Below are positions 1 to 12,502 of a stretch of 64,000 nucleotides of DNA, one piece after another. The stretch covers positions 174,344,001 to 174,408,000 of the forward strand of contig OZ024740.1 in the NCBI GenBank assembly GCA_964016885.1, in the 5' to 3' direction. A program made the position numbers and the translations under genes. Source of the DNA: Eledone cirrhosa (Eukaryota). Numbering within the stretch: position 1 is the first letter of the stretch; each line of letters opens with the position of its first letter. The notes beneath the pieces were generated by a model, which was not told the origin of the DNA, made no database searches, and saw nothing but the letters and a program-made list of their open reading frames with translations.

Positions 1-165
1 TTTTTCGGGGGTATGTGTTACCCATATGTAATGTCTCCCCCTATTGGTGAAAATCGATTAATTTTTAAATTGCATTTGTGATAGTATTTTACACGTTTTT
101 ATTGTATGTAAACTTCCCCCTTTGTTTTGTCCCCTTCTTTTGTGTCCCTGTGGCTAATAAAGAAA
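1..165 (+). mobile_element. 3' UTR end of an upstream L1/Tx1-clade LINE
   Basis: Similar to the 3' UTRs at ~5690-5850 and ~46650-46796 (gtatgtaaa..cccc..tgtccccttc..gtggctaataaagaaa). AATAAA at 156-161, followed by a TATC tract. Confidence 0.8.
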
Positions 166-395
166 CATATCTATCTATCTGTCTATCTCCGGATGGTATA
201 GACGTTCTTCACATCGGCTCCTCAAGTATTGGAGATATTACGTGTTAACAGTAAGTGTTTGTCTGTATTCTTGCGTTATTGTGTTAATTAACCCCCTTGC
301 CTGGGTCTTCGGACATTAGGGTTAATTTATTTCACCCCTATTGGGGTAACATTTTTCATCCTAAAAATCTTGTAATTGTCTCTACGCTAGTGGTA

Positions 396-2277
396 ATGGA
401 AGCCATTACCACAGATAACGATGACACGCCCACTAAACAAACAGAAGGAGAGCGGGTAGCGGAGGCAACAAGCCTCCCTACTGAAAGAATAATGATTATT
501 AGAAACATTGAAAATATGCAGCCTATCCCTAATGAAAAAAATGTAAAAAAAATTGACTCGGAGAAATTTCCAACATTAATGGATGCCGTTTCGACTTTTC
601 ACGGCGCCACGCCCACCAGCAAAACTGAAAGAAAACTAGTAGCTGTAACTCCGAGTCTCTCGGATACTGAAAATATAAGTGAACATTTTGAAAAAATGGA
701 GTCTAACCCCAACGGGGAAAAAAATGTGAATGCATACACCAACATAAATAACACAAACACAACAAAAAATGAAAATTGTAACAACAAAACACAAGAAAAC
801 CACATATCGACAAATGCAAACAAAGAGGGGGCGAACAAAATGACGTTCGCGCAAAGCATACTAAAAACTATCGTGTACGAACCTATTGACATTTCGAACA
901 TGGCCCAGCAAATGGAAAATACACGGAAGTATATAACTTTGGAGGAGAATGGTCTATTTTCTTTAAATTCTCCCCCAGAGCTAAAAAAGGTAAATAGCTT
1001 AAAAACTATTATTTATAGGACAAATCTAACAAATCCCGTAAGCCAGTACAACTCACACAAACAAAGATTGAACTGGCGTTAAAAGATCATCAGAAAAACA
1101 TTGTATTCATTCGGAAGGATAGACTCTACGGTAGTCTATCCATCAGAATGAAAGATAAATTGACGGCCGAAAAACATTCCCTGGCCCCAATTGTGTCCCC
1201 CTTATTTACCTTCTTCCTCACTTATTTGGAAAGAAAAATACAAAGATTGACCATACACAGTATCGATCCAGATATTGATTTCTGGGCGGTACTGTGTGGC
1301 CTCCTCAACTTGAAAGAGAATGCAGTAATTTCGGTAGGTAAGTCTTCCAGCAACGTGTTCGTGGAACTAACCTGCAAGTTCTGGTGCAAATGCAGCCAGA
1401 ACAAATTGCTAGGATCCCCGACCGCATATTGCTGGATGGGCTTGCCTACTTACACATCATAGTGGAGGGTAGACGACCCGCTTGTTACCTCTGTGGTGGC
1501 ACAGGTCACCTGAGGGCTGCCTGTTCCCAAGCAAACAAAAAAACACCGATTTTGCCCACACCAACAACTACAATTCTAACAACACAACCTCCACCACAAA
1601 AACAACTAACACGACAAGTTAAAACACAACTGAAAACAATCCCCCCCCCCCACAGAAAACAAATACAAAAACACCCACCACAAACACGAGCCGAAAATAA
1701 ACCCCTCCCCTCGAATACAGAAGACGACCCCTTTCGCCGTCAGACGAGGGGGGGGGGGGGCACTTTCATAAAGTTTAAAAAAAAGAAAGAAAACACACCA
1801 CAGGAACACAAATACAAACAACCACTCCCCAAGCCATAACACAGACATCAACACAAAAACAAAAAAACACACAACAACAGTAAACAAAAAACCTCACGCA
1901 AAAAGAAAAGTTTGCATATACCTACATAAGTACAATAAACAAAAAACTGTTGAACGAAATAACAACTTAATAAAAACCGAAGGTTCGAATTTCGCACAAG
2001 CAACGGGGCTTCCCCATCTAAAAATGATAAAAGCCCCAATGGACATTTACAAAACGTTAAAAGACTCTTTTAAAGAGGACGTGGGGGCCCCCCTGCGTCA
2101 GACCCATTAACCGTGTCCTCCTACCCCCCTCCCCCAGACACCCACACAACTCCAAACACCCCAACCCCACCACACACTGATGCCCCTACACTTCCACAAA
2201 CCACCACCCTACCCAACAACCCATCCCACACCTCCATGGAAATTGTGCGGCCCGGTCCCCGGGACGGAGAGAGGTAA
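396..2277 (+). pseudogene. LINE ORF1 (gag-like nucleic-acid-binding protein), frameshifted
   Basis: ORF pieces 396-1082, 1148-1462 and 1384-1839. CX2CX4HX4C knuckle CYLCGGTGHLRAAC at 1483-1524, then a P/T/K-rich tail ending at TAA 2275-2277. Confidence 0.75.
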
Positions 2278-2301
2278 GTGCCTTTTCTCTTTACCCCCAA
2301 C

Positions 2302-5300
2302 ATGGTTGCGTGGAGAATAGGTTGTCTAAATGCGCGTGGCCTGGGCTCACCTTGGAAGGAAGCAATGCTTCTAAATGACCTCAGGTCACGATGTATAAAT
2401 GTGATGGTTATTTGCGAGGTCCGGATCAGCAGCGTGCGACAGCTAGCCCCCACCTTTGATGACTTTGAGATGCACGCATCTCTCTGTCAGCCCGGAGATG
2501 GGGGTTGGGTTGTCGTTCTGCTGCAAAAACTTCTGGGTCTCGCTACACAGACGGTACACTTGGACCCGGAGGGTCGACTAGTGGTTCTGGACATTGGCAG
2601 TGGTGAAGGCGGAGCGCTTAGGCTGGTAGCCGTCTACGGCCCTTTTGGATCAACGCGGCCTGACTTCTTCCATCGTCTGGAGCCTTTTCTAGGGACGTCC
2701 CGCTCCTTGCATTTAGTGGAGGACTGGAATGGTATCCTAGATGCACGTTGGGACTATGTAGGGGCATGTCCTGCTAGAGGGTGTTGTAACAGCCTCAAGG
2801 GGTTAATCGGCCGATTCGACCTGGCCGATAGATATCGACTAGATTTTCCGACTGTGCCAACCTGGACTTGGAGAAACCACAGCGGTCAATCGAGATCGTA
2901 CCTAGATAGGTTCTTAGTGAGAAATAAGGATAGGGACTTTTTAAGTTGTCCAAAAATGCTCACGGTTGGCTATTCAGACTACAAGTTAGTGACCTCCATG
3001 GTCAACCTTGATAGAACGCATAGACAGGGACCCGGTTACTGGAAGCACAACTTGTCCTTACCGGCAAGTAAGGCTTACAGCAACCGGATTAGTACATTAG
3101 TTAAGGAGCGGTTGACGGGTGCCATCGTCAACAGCAGGTGGTGGGGCTCTCTCAAAAGAGAGATTAGAGTAGCTTCAATAGGAGTTAGTAAGGAGTTATC
3201 CTCAGATAGAAATAGGAAGGAAAGGGAGTTGGTAGATAGTGTAGAAGAGGCAATTAGAAGCGGCGACGTAGCCAGAGTGCTAATGTCGAGAACAGCCTTG
3301 GGCCAGTTCTTCGACGCGAAACACAAAGGCTGCGTTGTCCGAAGCAAAATACGTGCTCTGGGAAACGAGGGGACCAAAGCTGTTAGCTGGGCCCGCGTGA
3401 CAGAAGCCAAAAGTGGAACTAGATCTACTATCCGATCTTTGCGAGACCAGATGGACGGGTGATCCTTGAACCTAAGCAGATGTGTGAGGCCTTTCAAAGG
3501 TACTTTGCCCGATTGTTCGGAAGAGACGAGGGGCCGGATGCTAATGTGGACCTCGGTCTATACCTCGACGCCCTGTCGCGTCTTTCGGACGAGGAGGCGA
3601 AGTCCTACGAGAGGCCGATCTCAGCTGCTGAAATAGGGGACGTTCTGAGCCAATGCGACAGACGCAAATCTCCAGGCCTCGATGGTCTTCCATACGAACT
3701 GTATTTAAGTATGCCGGACTTGTTCTTCGATCTCCTAGAAGTGGTCTACTGCAACTGGCAACAGAACGGGAGAATTCCCTGTTCTGTGACCAAGGGCGTA
3801 ATCTCGCTAGTGAGGAAGGACGTGACCAAGGAGGATGAAATAAGTAATTTTAGGCCCATAACACTGCTAAATGCAGAGTTAAAGATTTTGGCCAAGGTGT
3901 TAGAAAAGAGGTTGGCGCTTGTCGTGGGTAACCTGGTGGGAGATGCGCAGACATGCGCCATCCCGTCCAAGTCGATTCGCGACAACCTCCATCTCATGCG
4001 ATACATCATAGAGAGGGTTGGGAACGAACCCGGCTTTGGTGGGGCTCTGATCAACTTGGATCAATCTAAGGCGTTCGATAGGGTCGACCATGGTTACCTG
4101 GATGCGGTGCTAGTGGCGGAAGGTTTCGGACCCGTTTTCAGGAGCAGGATCACTGCCATGCACAGCAGCCGCATCTGCTCTAGGGTCAAGATGAACGGCT
4201 ACCTCTCGGAGCCGTTCGAAATCACGCGGTCCATCCGACAGGGATGTCCTCTCTCCTCCCTTCTGTATGTATTGGCCCTAGAGCCAGCTGCGGAAGTTGG
4301 AGTTGTTACAGGGCATCCCTTTAGAACCGGGATTGCGGAAAGCGGTGTTGGCCTACGCCGATGAGGTGACAGTAATGGTGTCAACCGCCTCGGAAATCGG
4401 AGTGATCGGCACCTTACTGGAGGAGTACGAAACGTTTACAGGGGCTAAGCTGAACCGGGACAAGTCAGTCGGTTTGCAACTCGGCGAGTGGAGGAGCAAA
4501 CCGACGGCCTCCAACGGCGTCGTCAGACGTTGGACGGAGGGCTCGGTAAAGTTGCTCGGGGTCTGGTTCGGGCCAGACCTCCAGGTGGAGAAGAACTGGG
4601 GTGAGGTATCAAACAGGGTGTTTTCGCTAACGCGGAAGTGGGCTGAGTGCAAAACTATCCCTGAAAGGTCGGGCGGAGGTGGCGAACGCTTATATAGCGT
4701 CCGTCATCTATTACCGCCTGACCGTCGTGCCTTGCCCAAGGGAAACGCTCACCAAAACGGAGCAGGCACTCTTCCAATTCCTTGGAAGAGGCGAGCTCCT
4801 TTGGTGAGGAGATCCATCTGCTGTCAACACCCTTCGAAAGGAGGGCTGGGAATGCCGTGGCTGTTGAGCCGTAGACATGGGTCAAGCAAAGACCGAGAAA
4901 ACTGGGCGCCTGGCACACCGAGTGTGCCCAGGCGCTCACGGCTCTCTGGCAGGCGCACCCGGCTATCGGTGGAGACTCCACCTCGTCATTCTATAGAGGG
5001 CTGGTGGTTAGTAGGTGCGATGACGCCCTCGGACATGCCCTAGGCATGGAGGAAGACGAACTGGCCAGCCTATTCGGGAGGACATTTGGCCCGGGACCTA
5101 TGAACAATTTCCAGAAGTCCCTGGCCTGGCAGTGCTACCGAGGGGCGCTGCCCGTTCGAGAAAAGCTCTACAGACACGGGCGCCCGGGTAGGGACCCCTC
5201 GAAAAAGATCTGTCCCAGATGCGTGCGTGACGAGGAAACCGTTGCTCATGCATTGGTACACTGCTCGGGCGTTGCTGATCTGTGGGGCTATGTCGAACAA

Positions 5301-5627
5301 CTGCTGTCACGGGTGGGACCAATCCGGTTGACTACTGAGTCCATTGTAATGATCAAGCAGCCTCCCCCCTTCAAAATTGAAGGAGGGGCGGTCTTCCTCT
5401 GTGTAATAGCCATGGTGAAAGAGGTGGTATGGTGGACACGTTTGAAAGGGCTGAGGTCGGACACCTTTCTCTCCGGCCAACAACTGGTCCTTTTCTTTAA
5501 ATACTATTTTAAGAGAAGGATCAGAATGGAGAGAGAGGTGCTCTACTCCAGGAAGTTTTATGAAAGGTGGGTGAAAGTAGCGAGAATGGCCCGTGTGAAT
5601 GGGCCTTCTCTCATTATCAGCCTGTAG
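2302..5627 (+). pseudogene. LINE ORF2 (AP endonuclease, reverse transcriptase, zf-RVT), disrupted
   Basis: APE motifs (LNARGL, VAVYGP, SYLDRF, YSDY), RT motifs (SPGLDG, FRPITLLN, LDQSKAFDRV, IRQGCPLS, YADE instead of YADD) and C-terminal CPRC..ET..HAL.HC. Frameshifts near 3460, 4285 and 4655; a ~110-bp deletion near 4879 relative to the 43.8-kb copy. Confidence 0.92.
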
Positions 5628-5851
5628 GTGGAAAGGTGGAAGTGCAAAGGAGCACCCCTTCTCTGTGCTCCTAAGGAAAAGGGTTGCACACTTTTTCGGG
5701 GGTGTGTGTAACCCCCAAAACGCCTCATCCCTATTGAGGACTGTATTGTTAATTTTATATTTGTTATTTGTTTTTTACTCGTTCGTTTATGTAAACTCCC
5801 CCTTTGTATTTGTCCCCTTCTTTTGTGCCCTCGTGGCAAATAAATAGAAAC

Positions 5852-5947
<96 letters not shown>
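5852..5947. repeat. (TATC)n followed by (TA)n microsatellite
   Basis: Directly visible. Confidence 0.95.
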
Positions 5948-5950
<3 letters not shown>

Positions 5951-6074
5951 TATATGTATAGGATATTTGGCAATATACCGTATGTCTAATTAAAAACATT
6001 TAGAAGACGATACTCTATCAGTTTTAAAGTAGTGATTATGTCACTTACTTGTTTTCGGCAAAAGAAGGGAGAGC

Positions 6075-6116
6075 AGCTGACGGTCTGTTTCACGCTGGTT
6101 GTTGTTCATCAGAGCC
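6075..6116 (-). ncRNA. Type I hammerhead ribozyme motif
   Basis: Reverse complement reads ggct CTGATGA acaacaaccagcgt GAAA cagacc GTC agct. Confidence 0.7.
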
Positions 6117-6304
6117 ACGTACTTCCCTGCTTTTGCCGAAAATTGTAGAAGCTGGATTCTTATAGAATTCCAGTAATAATCCTAATACCTAATACTTAAT
6201 TTTTGCTGGACCGGCAATCGCTCTGTATAATCAGCTCCTGATTGTTACTGGAATTTTATAAGAATCCAGCTTCTATAATTTTCGGTGAAGGCAGGCGAAT
6301 ACGT

Positions 6305-6346
6305 GGCTCTGATGAACGCCAATCAGCGTGAAACAGACTACCAGCT
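6305..6346 (+). ncRNA. Type I hammerhead ribozyme motif, cleavage triplet mutated
   Basis: ggct CTGATGA acgc-caatca-gcgt GAAA cagact acc agct. Stem II is acgc/gcgt; ACC replaces GUC. Confidence 0.65.
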
Positions 6347-6504
6347 GCTCTCCCTTCTTTCGCCGAAAAGAAATAAGTGACATAGTCACTATTTTAAAAC
6401 TAATAGCGTATAGTCTTCTAAATGTTTTTAATTAAACATACGGTATATCGCCAAATATACCATACATATATTCATGTATACATCGCTATTTCAGAGCACC
6501 AATC

Positions 6505-6562
<58 letters not shown>

Positions 6563-6564
6563 TA

Positions 6565-6648
<84 letters not shown>

Positions 6649-7313
6649 AGCATTTTTGGCTGAAGTTAAAGTTGTTAATTCTTTGTACGCTATAAGTGAC
6701 AAGTTCTGATACCCCTACACTTCTCACGTTAACTAGTTGCGTAAATAAAACTGCCTTAACTAGTATGCGAATCAACTTACCAGAAATTTCATTACACAAT
6801 TTGCAACTATTGCAAAATGTAGTTATCATAGAATATATGTCAAAACTATTTCAGAAGTACGGAATGATAGACATTTGTAAATTACAATGTTTCATAAAAA
6901 TTATATTCATCCTTATCTAGTTGATGTTTTTTCTGGTCGAACCCCAGGTCAGCCTTACGCATCGCATCTTTCTCCTGTGATCTGGACCACACTATCCAGC
7001 GCGTCAGTTTAAATGTAAAATGGAGCGGACTTTGAGACATATTTGACTATTTTAAGTAGGTCGAGTGACCACGTACTAGTCTCCTTGGTGGCTTGATCCT
7101 TTCCTAGTTTCATGAAATCGAAACATTATCCAATGTCTAATGCATTATCCAATGTCTAAAATATAGAACGTAGAATTTTCATCAACCACGCATGAGAATA
7201 AAATACTGGTATTCTTAAAAATTAAACATACACACAACTAAATGTATGTACTTATACATATATGCATATATATAAATTTATTTTAAAACTTTTTCTATAT
7301 TTGCTAAACCTTG

Positions 7314-7364
<51 letters not shown>

Positions 7365-7539
7365 TTATTTACGTAAAGTTTGGAGCGTATGTGCATAAAC
7401 ACTTACTCACCGTACTGTATTATTGCAGTACCCCAGCATGAACCTCTTTGTCAGCTATCTCCAATCCCCCTATTATTTTTTCTGATTGTTCATGTGACTA
7501 AGTTTTTGTGGAGCTTTTGCACAACATGGTATTTGTTGA

Positions 7540-7583
7540 GCTCTGATGATTCCTGCCTAAGGTGAGGATGAAACATTCTTAGT
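7540..7583 (+). ncRNA. Minimal type I hammerhead motif in a probable solo PLE pLTR
   Basis: gct CTGATGA t tcct-gcctaaggtg-agga t GAAA cattc TT agt, immediately followed by AATAAA. Lies between TA tracts. Confidence 0.6.
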
Positions 7584-7623
7584 GAATAAAGACTGTTTGA
7601 GTATGTAAGCGTTCTTTGGGTTC

Positions 7624-7886
<263 letters not shown>

Positions 7887-8192
7887 TGGCTTACTGGTTA
7901 GACCATTAGACTCACAATCTTGAGGTTGTGAGCTCGATTCCTTCCCCGGGTGATGCGTTGTGTCCTTGAACAAGACACTTTATTTTCACGTTGCTCCTGT
8001 TTACTCTGCTATAGAAATAAGTTGCGACGTCACTGGTGCCAAGTTGTATCGTCCATTGCCCTTCCCTTGGTGAGGATGGAGAGGGGAGACTAGACTGCTA
8101 GTATTCCACAAACAACCTAGCCCCGACTTGTGCCTTTCAGTGCAATACCCATGGTCATTAGTGACCGAAGGGGGTCTGTAACTTTACCCTTT
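7887..8192 (+). mobile_element. tRNA-derived SINE, family 1 (CORE-like central block)
   Basis: Box A TGGCTTACTGG, box B GCTCGATTCC, central tgtgtccttgaacaagacactt, (ttaccct) tail. Homologues at 27692-27913 (-) and 58465-58790. Confidence 0.8.
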
Positions 8193-8797
8193 ACATATAT
8201 ATCTTTTTCTTATTTCCTCTCTCTCACTTTTTCTATCTTTCTCTGGAAAAAATTTGCTGTTCTCAGGTCTGGAGGAAGATGGGCTCCGCCAGGCTTAAAA
8301 TGCCCAAGAAATGCCGAATATCAATACAACACCCCTACGACTATATCAAGATTTACGGGACCACATACACACACACATATATATATATATTGTAATTTCG
8401 TATTTCTAAAGAAACACGGTATGTTTATAGATAGACATTTAGGAAGCCGGAGCTATGCAAAAAAAAAAGCACAAAAAAAAACCGGGTGCTATCGCCCTCT
8501 GTTGGTGTTCAGAGGGAGATATATACTCAATGGGAGTGCACGAGGACTCGATAAATGTTAATGTAAGTATACGTAAATTAAACAAATAGTAAAGGTGTAA
8601 ATATAATACATCAGCATAATATGGAATGAATATATATATATATATAAATATAGTAATAATAATAATAAATGTGAAGACTAAAATATATACACCTATATAT
8701 ATATATATATACACACACCAAACACACTTACATACATACATGATGATGATTGCCCCCTCGTTATCGAGTATGGCCATTGCACAATATACCATTATTA

Positions 8798-8988
8798 ATA
8801 ATTGTTTCTACTTTTAGCACGAGGCCAGTAATTATCCCAGTACATTACTGGTACTTTATTTTGTCGACCCAGTAAGGATGAAAGGCAAAGTTAACCTCGA
8901 CGGGATTTGAACTCAGACCGTAAAGGGACGTAACTGTGCTGCAAAGCATGGCGTCCGACTCTCTACCGATACTGCCAATTCACCACCC
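8798..8988 (-). mobile_element. tRNA-derived SINE, family 2 (Meta-domain-like central block)
   Basis: Reverse complement has box A TGGCAGTATCGG and a box B-like G(T)TCAAATCC, followed by gcctttcatccttactgggtcgacaaaataaagtacc. Homologues at 34272, 35973 and 53386. Confidence 0.8.
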
Positions 8989-9954
8989 TATATTATTAAT
9001 AATTATTAATTAATTCTATCGTGCAATGCCTGTGCGTGAAGATATTTTTTAAAGTGAGGAAAGACTGTGCACATACATACATAAATACATACATATACTG
9101 TTAGATTATCTGGTATTTCCGGGACTCAACATACACTAGAATCTAAACTATAATAAAGTAAGGAGTGCGGGAATGCATCTAGGATAAATTTTTGTATCCC
9201 GTTTGTAAAATAAGTTGGATTACTTTGAATAAATAATGAATGAATATTACATAATTTATGTACTAAATTTCGTAACTAAATTTCGTATTTATAAATAATT
9301 TAAAATTGACTTCTTTTCAAAGTTATAAATTTCTAGACTTCCGGTATATCGTCGCGACCACCACCACCACTTCAACTACCATATATATAAAAAGAGAGAG
9401 TTTGTGATGAGAGATAGAGTGATTATAACTTTCTACACGCTGGCGCGTATGATTGTGCACATACATATATCTATATATATGAGTATATAACTGTAATCGA
9501 GCAAACACAAACTTATAAAAATACACCCTCACGGACATAGATTCAGATAAATACACATACTTTCACACAAAAACATTCACACATACGCACATTCCCACAT
9601 ACATTTACACTAACACCCATATATAGTCATGATAGCTTTCTGTGAATTGGAAACGGGAGGGTAAAACAAAATATAACGTTTTATTTATTTATTAACAAAA
9701 CAGTTTAACTCCTTTTTTTAAAACTCATTTGTATAAAAATTTAATATAATGGTTACAGAACGAAAACACAAACAAATATAATATATATGTTGTAGCTTTC
9801 ACCCTTACCGCTGCATCCAGGGTGTGGGAAGAAGCAAGAGTCACTAACTGTGACGTCCCATTCACACAAATACACATACTTTCACACAAACACATACATA
9901 CATTCACACAAACACACATTCACACATAGATTTACACAAATACACACATACAGT

Positions 9955-10712
9955 CATGATAGCGTTCGGTGTATTGGAAATGGGAGGGTAAAAGTACAAC
10001 TTTTTATTTATTTATTAACACAGTTTAACTCTTTCTTTTTTTAAAAATTTAATATAATGATTACAGAACGAAAACACTAACAAATATAATATATAAAAAG
10101 GAAAGGGAAAGGAAAAAAAGGAGAAAAATACACAAGGACATAATACCCACATCTTAGATCCCATAGAATAGAACAATATGCAGGCGAAAGAATGAGAAAA
10201 ACGAGACGCTACCAGAGCAAAAGATAGCAATATAGCGAGGAGCACTGGGAAACCTCTCTAATAATTTATTAGGCAAGCCAACACGTTCACGGCGTTACCT
10301 GGGGTGATGGCGAGACTGAGGTGCTGGAACAACCAAGTGCCTTCAGAGCATCACCAGTTACCTCTGTTTGGTGAGCCGCCAGTGAAGATAAGAATCTCGG
10401 TGTCAGTAGCCCGATTCCTCCAAACGTCTCGAACACCACAGGCTGGATAATGTAGTTAGCTGACAGAACACGGTATTTTAGGATTATGTTCCGTTCAGCT
10501 GCGGTTGCTGTACCTCTCGCCCTTACCACTGCATCCAGGATGTGGGTAGAAGCACAAGAGTCACTAACTGTGACGTTCCAGGTAAGGCACCTGCCTCTTG
10601 ACCAGGAGCACAGAGTAAGACCGTCAAGTCTTTTCCCATCAATTCTGGACAACCCAGACAATTCCAAAATTGAGGGGGTGTTTGCCCGGGCCAAAGCTCT
10701 TGAGTGGTAATA
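9955..10712 (-). mobile_element. 3' fragment of a CRE-like LINE with restriction-like endonuclease
   Basis: ORF 10287-10733 has DGKRLDGLTL.SWSRGRCLTW.VTV.D and ..KY..L....I.PVVFETFG, typical of the RLE of CRE-type elements. A partial duplicate lies at 9627-9860. Confidence 0.7.
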
Positions 10713-10899
10713 GGACAGTGTGCATATGTGCACGCGCGAGTTTGTCGGCGTTCTTAAATTAGAGATGTGTGTGTGTGGGGGGGGTCACTGTTTTTAAGTT
10801 AGAGACATATATGTGTGTATCCCTTTCCTTCCTTTTACACACACATACATTCACACAACACGCATACACATTGCCTGATGGACGGGTGGACAGAAATTC

Positions 10900-11560
10900 C
10901 TCAAATTTATATACATGTGAATGGAGTTCTACTGAAGCAGTTAGAGAAGTTCAAGTATCTTGGAGCCATGTTCATGAGTGATGGAATGCAGGAGGCTGAA
11001 TTAAGTGCAAGAATTGCAAAAGCTGATGCAGTAATGCGCCAGCCTCAGCAATCAGATGAAGGGGTAGGGGGTAGGTGTAAAAGCCAAACTCGCTGGTTTC
11101 CTGGTATTCCTGCCAACTCTTACTGAGGATCATGAATCTTGGGTAATGACCAAAAGAATACAATTGCAAATAAAAGTGGCAGAAAAGGGATTCCTCCGAA
11201 GGGTCTTTGGAGTAACGTTACTCGATAAAGTGCATAACTCAGAGACCAGAGAGTCACTCCTGGTAGAGCCGCTACTTCTCTGAATTGAGAGATCACATCT
11301 CCGATATTATGAGCATGTCGTTAGAATGTCTCAGTAAAGAATCACTGGACACATTTTACAGGCAAAACCAACCGTCAACAGACCCAGAGGTAGACCCTGA
11401 GCAAGATAGTTGGATAACATTCATGAGCTTGGCTAGTCACGCTTTGGGATCCACCTGCATCAGTTAGAAATGTTTGCTTCTGACAGACTCGCTGGAAGGA
11501 GTGTTTGAGGAGGACTCTTCCCCCACGACCCTTTTAAATAAGTGGGCGAAGAAGAAGAAG
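10900..11560 (+). mobile_element. RTE-clade LINE 3' fragment
   Basis: HVNGVLLKQLEKFKYLGAMF..DG..E.E..ARIAKA (RT C-terminus) and a (GAA)n tail. Homologous to 33750-34245. Confidence 0.8.
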
Positions 11561-12502
11561 ATATTGTCAATTTACTTTTCAATTTACATATATATATTTG
11601 CGAATAATATCAATATGCCACTACATATGCTAGCAGAAATCCGGCCGAAGGGCGTTTTTTCTGCTAGTTATTCTTAATGAAGATATATTCTGTGTAATAG
11701 AACAACATTGGTTTCCTCGTGAAAAGCGAGTTTTTATATTAAAAAAAAGGTGTTTTTTATTATGTACAGTTCAGTCTCTGAGACATTTATTTATTGTATG
11801 ATTCATAATATAATTGTGTAAATACCATTTAGCTAATCCATGCACATTCAATAAAACCACAGTATTAAGTGAAAATGAAAATAGATTTATTTCATTTGAA
11901 ACTATTATATTTCGAAACATTTTACTCTGATGAAGCAGATGAAATTTCAAGAACACATATTTCTGTGAGCGCAGAGATAGTAAATGCTGAAATTAAATTA
12001 AAAATTATAAATTTGTACAGATACAGAAAACTAAATATGTTGTTTTTAAGTTATGATGCGAAGGAAACAATTTTCCAGCATGGCAAAACATACAGTACTG
12101 ACATCAATAAATGAGCTTACATTACAATGAAAAGTACAGCAAACAAAAAAGAAAAGCGTGAATCTCTCATTTAGCGGAAATTTATTGGTTGCCGTCAAGA
12201 GAATATAACACGAAAAAGCATATATCTGTACGAGGGGCGCCATTGTAGCTCTGACTTACAAAGATACTGCTGCTGCGGCGGTCATATTTTCCCATTTTTT
12301 AGAATAATTGTACTGAACTAGAAAATAGATTTGAATAAAAATATTACTTTCGGTAAATAAACACTTTATTTATACAGAAAATATATTGGTGTTTCTTTCT
12401 ATTGACGGCTTCTATCTATGTAAGTTTATAGATAATAACATTTGCTAGTCAACATCAAAAACACAATTTCCTGTCACATGTATCTGCTTTCTTAACATAT
12501 TT

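Larger units (their letters stand above)
190..5850 (+). mobile_element. Full-length degenerate L1/Tx1-clade non-LTR retrotransposon
   Basis: 5' UTR, ORF1 with CCHC knuckle, ORF2 with APE-RT-zinc finger, 3' UTR with AATAAA. Flanked on both sides by (TATC)n. The 5' boundary is approximate. Confidence 0.9.
5946..6509 (+). mobile_element. Non-coding HHR-bearing repeat (retrozyme-like family A), fold-back insertion in (TA)n
   Basis: 5946-6180 is the reverse complement of ~6239-6478. The monomer 6178-6509 begins and ends with aatcctaat. Homologous to 39021-39404 and 62974-63402. Confidence 0.8.

Noticed and set aside
2272-2282. AG|GTAAGT splice donor before LINE ORF2
   Set aside because: It coincides with the ORF1 stop codon (AGG TAA) and there is no supporting acceptor.
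6920-7100. Possible further SINE tail (ccccaggtcagcc; reverse complement near 60150)
   Set aside because: The match is too short and degenerate to define boundaries.
7887-7950. tRNA gene
   Set aside because: The A/B boxes belong to a dispersed SINE head and no complete cloverleaf is present.
11925-11952. CTGATGA..GAAA hammerhead-like string
   Set aside because: No convincing stem I or stem II pairing and no repeat context.
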